From Candidatus Woesearchaeota archaeon (lineage in GTDB: Archaea > Nanobdellota > Nanobdellia > Woesearchaeales > GW2011-AR9): 64,000 nucleotides of DNA. Below are positions 58,351 to 64,000 of this stretch, piece after piece. The notes under the pieces are model-generated. The model was not told where the DNA came from and searched no databases. It was given only the letters and a program-made list of their open reading frames with translations. Numbering within the stretch: the stretch's first letter is position 1; every line of letters starts with the position of its first letter. Made by a program: the position numbers and the translations under genes. The stretch is from positions 10,089 to 74,088 of the forward strand of contig JABJOX010000004.1 in the NCBI GenBank assembly GCA_018664115.1. The letters are read 5' to 3'.

Positions 58351-59493
58351 TTAAACTATTTTTTTAATCAATTTTTCGTTTCTAATGTTGCTTTCATCAA
58401 GATGACCGCCTTTCTTTTTTATTTCTTTCATATTTTTAAATTCAAAACCTAAGTCTCCACTGACAACTTCCCGACCACTAATTTTAACTTTTATTGTTTT
58501 TCTCCTATCGCCATCAAAACATTCAGTGCAAGCTTTTAACTTTAATCTTTCACTTTTTAATATTAATTTACGAACTTCTTTTAATTCTTTGCCGAGCCAT
58601 ATTTCTTTAATTGTTTGTTTATTTAAATCTCCAACATAATTACGATCATTGAAATCATTAATGCATTGAACAACTTTACCATTCCAGCAAATAACCATCC
58701 TTTGCCAAGGTACTGGGCAAAAGTAGTAAGGATTTTGATCTTTATTTTTAAGACTATGATCTTGTGTATCATTAACAGCAATTTCATCAACTATTGGGCC
58801 TAATGCATTATAAAACTCTTCAGGATTGTCTTTTATTGCTGAAAATACTGATTGAACTTTTAGAATTGGTTTTTTGGTTCCTTTTTCTTTTTTAATTCTT
58901 TGAATAGTTTTTAATCTTTTTAAAGATTCTTCATATTTAGCAGGGTCTCTGATGGCTTCATAAACTTTACCAGTGCCATCAAAGGAATTTGTAATCCAAT
59001 CAACTCCAGCGTCTACTAGTTTTCTAGACATTTCTTCACTCATATTTAGACCATTTGTAAGGAAAGAAACTTCTTTAATGCCTTTTATTTTAGCATATTT
59101 TATCATATCAACCACTTTTGGATGAATTAGGGGCTCACCCCTCCAACTGAGACGGATAGAATAAACTTTATTTTTTGATGCTTCATCAATAATCTTAGTA
59201 AATAATTCCCACCTCATAAAACCCATTGTTTTATCTTTAAAATTAAATTGTTTTTTCCAGATATTATCTCTATAACACATTGGACATTTCATATTACATG
59301 AATTTGTTGTTTCGAGATCTAAATGGTCTGGGAATTTAGGTAAAATTTTTAATTTTGGATAGATATGCCACTTAATCCTGTTTTTTATAAAAGGAATCAT
59401 GTGGCCTCTACCTCTATTGATAATAAATTTAAGTTTAGTTTTCCAATCAGTAACACTATATTGCATTGAGTGTTTTTTATTATTTATATCCAT
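58351..59493 (-). CDS. Radical SAM protein with SPASM-like C-terminal Cys cluster
   Basis: LETTNSCNMKCPMCYRD (CxxxCxxC) and C-terminal CPVPWQRMVICWNGKVVQC...CTEC. Confidence 0.75.
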   Translation of the reverse strand: MDINNKKHSMQYSVTDWKTKLKFIINRGRGHMIPFIKNRIKWHIYPKLKILPKFPDHLDLETTNSCNMKCPMCYRDNIWKKQFNFKDKTMGFMRWELFTKIIDEASKNKVYSIRLSWRGEPLIHPKVVDMIKYAKIKGIKEVSFLTNGLNMSEEMSRKLVDAGVDWITNSFDGTGKVYEAIRDPAKYEESLKRLKTIQRIKKEKGTKKPILKVQSVFSAIKDNPEEFYNALGPIVDEIAVNDTQDHSLKNKDQNPYYFCPVPWQRMVICWNGKVVQCINDFNDRNYVGDLNKQTIKEIWLGKELKEVRKLILKSERLKLKACTECFDGDRRKTIKVKISGREVVSGDLGFEFKNMKEIKKKGGHLDESNIRNEKLIKKIV

Positions 59494-59575
59494 TTGATAT
59501 TAACTTCCATATTAATGATTTTATTACTTTGATTGTTTAGGTTTTACTTATAAAAGTTGTTGAAAAATACTTTTT

Positions 59576-59935
59576 TTAAATTTCATTCTCTTTGATAAAA
59601 ACAACTTTAGTTCCAATACTCTTTTCAATTTGTTTTTTCCGTTGAAGTAAAGCATCAAGAATAGGTTGTTCATATTTTTCACTATAAATTTTCATGAAAA
59701 TTGGGCTTGGTTGTCTAGAGTTAGTTATTACATTTCGGAGATGAAACAAATCTTTTTCAGTTTCTCCTTTTTTTTTGAGAAAGTAGCAAGGGCGACCCGA
59801 TCCAAACAACTTTTTTTCCACTTTAGTTTTAATTTCGATTCTAAGTGTTTTTTCAACTTCAGATGAAAATTCATTTAAGATTGTTAAAAATTTTATATTT
59901 TTTTCTTTTAGTTCATTTAATTCTTTAAATGTCAT
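59576..59935 (-). CDS. Hypothetical protein (119 aa)
   Basis: ORF with a 4-nt overlap with the upstream gene in the same operon. Confidence 0.35.
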   Translation of the reverse strand: MTFKELNELKEKNIKFLTILNEFSSEVEKTLRIEIKTKVEKKLFGSGRPCYFLKKKGETEKDLFHLRNVITNSRQPSPIFMKIYSEKYEQPILDALLQRKKQIEKSIGTKVVFIKENEI

Positions 59936-61050
59936 ATTGTCACCTTTTTGGCTTTAAGTATCATGAAGCCACCTTCTAGGTCTTCTATTTTATCTAAATA
60001 TACTTCAAACATTTTTTTAATAACCGGTATCCATATTTCTTTCATAGTTTTTCCTAAATCTTTATTTTTGTATTCATCATATTTTTTTATAATATCTACA
60101 GAGAAAGCTCTAGTCCCAATATCAAAGAGTTTAATGAGGTCAGGAGAGGCATAGGTAATTACTTTTTCTAAAATAAATCCTGCTCTTTGTAATTCATCTT
60201 TCCATTCTTCTAGTGACTTTTGGGTTGCGCTATAAACAGATCTTCCACGATCATAATTTACAAACAGTTGTGCTTTTTTTAGATCATTTTTTTCTTCTAA
60301 CTTTTTAGCTTCATTAATGAAGAAAAGATTTTTTTTAAATTTGTTATTTGGGGTTGTTAGGATAAGTTGGCCATCTTTTTGTAGGACTCTATTCACTTCT
60401 TTTAGGATTGGTTGTACATTTTCAAAATCTTTTATTACATTTGAATATACTGTTCTGAATGTTTTTGAAAGATAAGGTAAGTTATGGATGTCACCTTCTA
60501 ATATCTCTTTATACGTATTAAGCATTTGAGCTTTTTTTACTAAACTTTTTTTGATATCAATGCCGGAAGAAATTTTCTCCTCAATTTGATTGGTTAAAAT
60601 AGGGTGATATTCTTCTCCAACGTTATCATAAATATCTTTTTTGTCTAGTTTTACACCCTGAAATGTATCAAACTCTAAAGAAAATTTGTTTCCCTTTGCA
60701 ATTGATAAATTAATCCCATCCCCACATCCGAGATCTAGTAGTGGTTCTTGTAAACAATCCCACTCTTTAAGTATTTCTGCTTCAATTGTTCTCCAAACAG
60801 CTGTTTCTGGACGAAGCCAGTAGACATTAAGATACTGGTCAAAGAAAAGTGAATCAATGATTTGTTTTTTCTTTTCAATTACTTTTTTTTTCTTTTTAGC
60901 AACAACATTCAATAACAATGAAAGAATGAAATCCTTATCTTCTTCAGTATAATCTGAAATTTTTCGAATATTTACTGGACTAACACATTTCTTACAGAAA
61001 AGAACAGTGTTTTCATTTTCTTCTTCACAAACCGAACATTTTTCAAGCAT
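59932..61050 (-). CDS. SAM-dependent methyltransferase with N-terminal Zn-ribbon
   Basis: CSVCEEEN...CKKC (CxxC...CxxC) and LLDLGCGDGINL (motif I). Stop at 59932 forms ATGA with the downstream gene start at 59935. Confidence 0.55.
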   Translation of the reverse strand: MLEKCSVCEEENENTVLFCKKCVSPVNIRKISDYTEEDKDFILSLLLNVVAKKKKKVIEKKKQIIDSLFFDQYLNVYWLRPETAVWRTIEAEILKEWDCLQEPLLDLGCGDGINLSIAKGNKFSLEFDTFQGVKLDKKDIYDNVGEEYHPILTNQIEEKISSGIDIKKSLVKKAQMLNTYKEILEGDIHNLPYLSKTFRTVYSNVIKDFENVQPILKEVNRVLQKDGQLILTTPNNKFKKNLFFINEAKKLEEKNDLKKAQLFVNYDRGRSVYSATQKSLEEWKDELQRAGFILEKVITYASPDLIKLFDIGTRAFSVDIIKKYDEYKNKDLGKTMKEIWIPVIKKMFEVYLDKIEDLEGGFMILKAKKVTI

Positions 61051-62620
61051 CTTCTCTTCCTCTTTGCATAAACTCTTTAATCGAATTAATTATTAAATCT
61101 AATTCTTCTTTAGGTATTCCCGGATACATTGGTAATGTTAAAATTCTGTTTGATATCTCTTCAGTTTTTGGAAGTTCCCCTTTTTTACATTTTTTTTTTT
61201 GATAAAATTTTGTAAGATGAATTGGTGAATAATAAATTCTGCTCATTATTTTATTTTCTGTCAAATGTTTTTGTAATTTGTCTCTGTTTTCTTTATTTTT
61301 TAATTTGATGGTGTACATTTGATAAAAATGATTAGAATTTAAATATGGTTTTGGAACTTCAATATCTTTAAACTCACTTAATTTTTGATTTAGATATGAT
61401 GCGCTACTAATTCTTGATTGCATAATTTCATTGAAATGATTAAGTTGTGATGACCCTAATGCAGCATTCATTGAAGACATACGAAAATTATGCCCCACTT
61501 CAAGATATTCCATCTCATCAGTTGTAGAAAAATAATCTTGACCATTATCAACTCTTCCATGGGATCGTATAAGTTTCATTTTTTCGTATAGATGTTGAGA
61601 ATCAGTAATAACTGCTCCCCCTTCACCAGTTGTAATTAGCTTGTTTTGACAGAAACTTAAGATTGATGCAATACCAAAAGTTCCGCACAATTTTCCATTT
61701 TTTCTGACACCCAATGAATGAGCATTATCTTCTAAGAGATGGATGTTATGTTTGTTTGCAATTTCTTTTAATTTCTCAATATCTTTTGAAACGCCACCAG
61801 CGTAATGTAAAGCTACAATTGCTTTGGTGTTTGCTGTAATCTTTCTTTCAACATCTTCTGCATCCAATCCTAATGTTTCTTCTTCAGACTCGGCAAATAT
61901 TGGAATTCCTCCAGCAAGAATAATGGCATTAGCAGTGGCAATAAATGTAAATGAAGGTACAATAACTTCTTTTCCTTCAACTCCAATTGCTTTATACATC
62001 GCAAAGAGGGCAGAAGTGCCAGAATTGAATGTTAAAGCATATTTGACTCCATTAAATTCAGCTAATTTTTTTTCAAATTCTTCTATTTCCGGTCCTGCAG
62101 CCCAATGCGTCCCTCTTCTGATTACTTTATTTACGGCTTCTACATTATCTTCTGACCATTCTGTTTTGAACAAAGGAATCTTCCATTGATTTGTTTTTTT
62201 AATTTCTCCCCCATTATTGTTGTTCATTATTTTTTTCAAAAATTTAGCAGGGCTACCAATCCAAACTTCATTTGCAGGAATATCTTTATTAACAAAACTC
62301 ATTGCCCCAACGATAGAATTCTCTCCTATAGTGATTCCTGGCATGACCACGCAATGTGAACCTAATGAACTATTTTTTTCTAAAATTATTTTTCCTTTTT
62401 TATTGTCAATATCTGTTCTTGAATAAAGTGAACAATGTGAACCAATCTTGACATTTTCCCCAATGGAAATACTTTCAGAAGCATCAAGTAATGAAAAAGC
62501 CCCAATGTCGGTGTTTCTACTTAATTTTAAGTTCTCTTTATGAAGCACTAACCAATTATATTTATTAAGTTCTCTATTTTTTATCTCTGGTTGTTGCCAA
62601 TTATTGTTTTCGTCATCCAT
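61043..62620 (-). CDS. Fusion: hexapeptide-repeat sugar N-acetyltransferase (PglD/PseH-like) + DegT-family aminotransferase (PglE/PseC-like)
   Basis: N-terminal left-handed beta-helix repeats (IGSHCSLYS...LGSHCVVMPGITIGENSIVGAMSFV). C-terminal DegT motifs (HWAAGPEIEEFEKKLAEF...NSGTSAL...SFCQNKLITTGEGG). Also contains an A11 homopolymer at 61190-61200. Confidence 0.8.
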   Translation of the reverse strand: MDDENNNWQQPEIKNRELNKYNWLVLHKENLKLSRNTDIGAFSLLDASESISIGENVKIGSHCSLYSRTDIDNKKGKIILEKNSSLGSHCVVMPGITIGENSIVGAMSFVNKDIPANEVWIGSPAKFLKKIMNNNNGGEIKKTNQWKIPLFKTEWSEDNVEAVNKVIRRGTHWAAGPEIEEFEKKLAEFNGVKYALTFNSGTSALFAMYKAIGVEGKEVIVPSFTFIATANAIILAGGIPIFAESEEETLGLDAEDVERKITANTKAIVALHYAGGVSKDIEKLKEIANKHNIHLLEDNAHSLGVRKNGKLCGTFGIASILSFCQNKLITTGEGGAVITDSQHLYEKMKLIRSHGRVDNGQDYFSTTDEMEYLEVGHNFRMSSMNAALGSSQLNHFNEIMQSRISSASYLNQKLSEFKDIEVPKPYLNSNHFYQMYTIKLKNKENRDKLQKHLTENKIMSRIYYSPIHLTKFYQKKKCKKGELPKTEEISNRILTLPMYPGIPKEELDLIINSIKEFMQRGREDA

Positions 62621-62622
62621 TT

Positions 62623-63561
62623 TTAATAATTCTCCGGATTTGAAGCAATTTCTTTTGCTACTTGAGTTAATCCATCTTTAACATTTACCTTCGCTTTAAA
62701 TCCCAATAATTGTTCAGCTTTAGTAGTATCTGCTTGTCTTCTGGTAACTAATACTTCACGATCTCTAAAAATGGGTTGGATATCTTTGTCAAGTGCTTGG
62801 ATAATTATTTGTGCTAGTTGTGCTATAGATGTACTGATGCCAGTTCCTACATTGAAAACTTCATTGACTGCTTCAGATTCCATGGCGGCAATATTGGTTT
62901 GAACAACATCTGAGACATGAGTAAAATCCATTGATTGATTTCCTTTACCATCGATTATTGGTGACTCATTATTTATAATTCTCTGGATAAAATGAGTTAC
63001 AACAGTAGTATAATAAGCATGAGCAGCTTGTCTTTCTCCGTAAACATTATAGTAACGTAAGGAATTGTATTTTAATCCTTTTGTTGCTAAATGTTGAAGT
63101 AAATGTTCACAATATAATTTTGCAGCCCCATATGGTTCTTTAGGATAAAGTTGGTCCTCCTCGTGCATAGGTAATCTCTTTGGGTCACCATAAACGCTTG
63201 ATGAAGAAGAGAAAATAACTCTTTTCACACCATGATCAAGGGCAGATTTAAAGATGTTATAAGAACCTTGAATGTTAACTCCTAAACAATCATCTGGAGA
63301 TTTTACACTCGCTTGAATATGAATTGCTGCTGTATGAAAAACATAATCAACGTTTTTCATAGCTAAATCTACAATGTCTTTGTTCCTAATATCTCCTTCA
63401 ATAAATTCTACTTTCCCTTCATCAATTAAATATTGTATAGTTGACTTCTTTCCTTTTATTAATGAGTCCAAAACTTTTACATTTATTCCTTTTTTAACTA
63501 AAGCTTCAACTAAATGACTGCCTATAAAACCAGCCCCTCCTGTTACTAATGCTGCTGTCAT
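62623..63561 (-). CDS. NAD-dependent NDP-sugar epimerase/dehydratase (extended SDR, GalE/WbpP-like)
   Basis: ALVTGGAGFIGSHLVEALV (GxxGxxG), YGAAKLYCE (YxxxK). Confidence 0.85.
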   Translation of the reverse strand: MTAALVTGGAGFIGSHLVEALVKKGINVKVLDSLIKGKKSTIQYLIDEGKVEFIEGDIRNKDIVDLAMKNVDYVFHTAAIHIQASVKSPDDCLGVNIQGSYNIFKSALDHGVKRVIFSSSSSVYGDPKRLPMHEEDQLYPKEPYGAAKLYCEHLLQHLATKGLKYNSLRYYNVYGERQAAHAYYTTVVTHFIQRIINNESPIIDGKGNQSMDFTHVSDVVQTNIAAMESEAVNEVFNVGTGISTSIAQLAQIIIQALDKDIQPIFRDREVLVTRRQADTTKAEQLLGFKAKVNVKDGLTQVAKEIASNPENY

Positions 63562-64000
63562 ATTATCACCCTCTTAATATTATATAATGATTCTTCCAAC
63601 GGTTTGAAAATAAAACCGCATTCTTGTTCTGTAAAAGTACAATCTAATGAATTGTTCTTAGACCGATAACTTTTTTCTTCACTTTTTTTTATAATCACTA
63701 AATTAGTATTAAAACTAAAAAATTTAGCTACCTCTATAGTAAAATCATAAATAGACCTCGTTTTTCCTCCTGCATGAAAAATTCCTGTTTTCTCTTTTTC
63801 AATAATGTTTTTTGTAAGTAGTGCCACATCTTGTACAAAAACTGGACTTTTAATCTGGTCAAAGTGAGCTGTAAATATATCTCCTACTGAGAGCGCATCA
63901 TAAATATAATTAAAAATGGTTTTGTGTTGATATTTTTTTGGTAATCCAAAAATAAGGCACGGCCTTATAATCACATGATTCTTCAATTTTCTAATTATAT
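63558..64000 (-). CDS. SDR-family NDP-sugar reductase, C-terminal portion (RmlD / dTDP-4-dehydrorhamnose reductase-like). The gene runs off the window end.
   Basis: The reading frame stays open to nt 64000. C-terminal GIFHAGGKTRSIYDFTIEVAKFF resembles the RmlD C-terminus (G.YHL.g.g.tSWyDFA). Confidence 0.5.
   Translation of the reverse strand, partial: IIRKLKNHVIIRPCLIFGLPKKYQHKTIFNYIYDALSVGDIFTAHFDQIKSPVFVQDVALLTKNIIEKEKTGIFHAGGKTRSIYDFTIEVAKFFSFNTNLVIIKKSEEKSYRSKNNSLDCTFTEQECGFIFKPLEESLYNIKRVII

Overview
This 64 kb window is AT-rich (roughly 30% GC), densely coding, and looks archaeal. The supporting signs are a type-II methionine aminopeptidase, a two-subunit 2-oxoacid:ferredoxin oxidoreductase, a stand-alone 5S rRNA preceded by a BRE/TATA-like box, and a eukaryotic-type phosphomannomutase. 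Several genes look bacterial (cmk, the Pse/Leg-like module), which would fit a small-genome DPANN-like archaeon, but that placement is an inference. A short housekeeping edge (hisS 3' part, map) gives way at about 3 kb to one very large cell-surface glycan biosynthesis island that runs to the window end. The island holds sugar-nucleotide supply genes (PMM, two NTP-transferases, ugd, two gmd paralogs, HAD phosphatases). It carries many GT2, GT4 and GT-C glycosyltransferases, two Wzx-like flippases and a GtrA/GtrB-like pair. It has an Arn-like formyl-aminosugar module next to an MTHFS-FolD fusion. There is an FdtA-like cupin, aminotransferase and C-methyltransferase module, and a nonulosonic-acid (Pse/Leg-like) module with fused enzymes. 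Three radical-SAM enzymes (one B12-binding) sit in the island. A PAPS-dependent sulfation system is present: a tri-domain pyruvate-kinase-like/ATP-sulfurylase/APS-kinase protein plus a membrane sulfotransferase. The standout candidate for an undescribed system is a 1515-aa multidomain enzyme (HIGH-cytidylyltransferase, permuted PEP-synthase-like dikinase domains, a second NTP-transferase). It is translationally coupled to a C26-peptidase-like gene and lies next to the PAPS fusion, a cmk and two CDP-alcohol-phosphotransferase-like membrane proteins. Structural oddities are a decayed duplicate of the ugd 3' end flanking a 1.1 kb insertion, a conserved NTP-transferase N-terminus with no canonical start codon, and an (AAT)8 microsatellite. 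No CRISPR arrays, tRNAs or transposases were seen.
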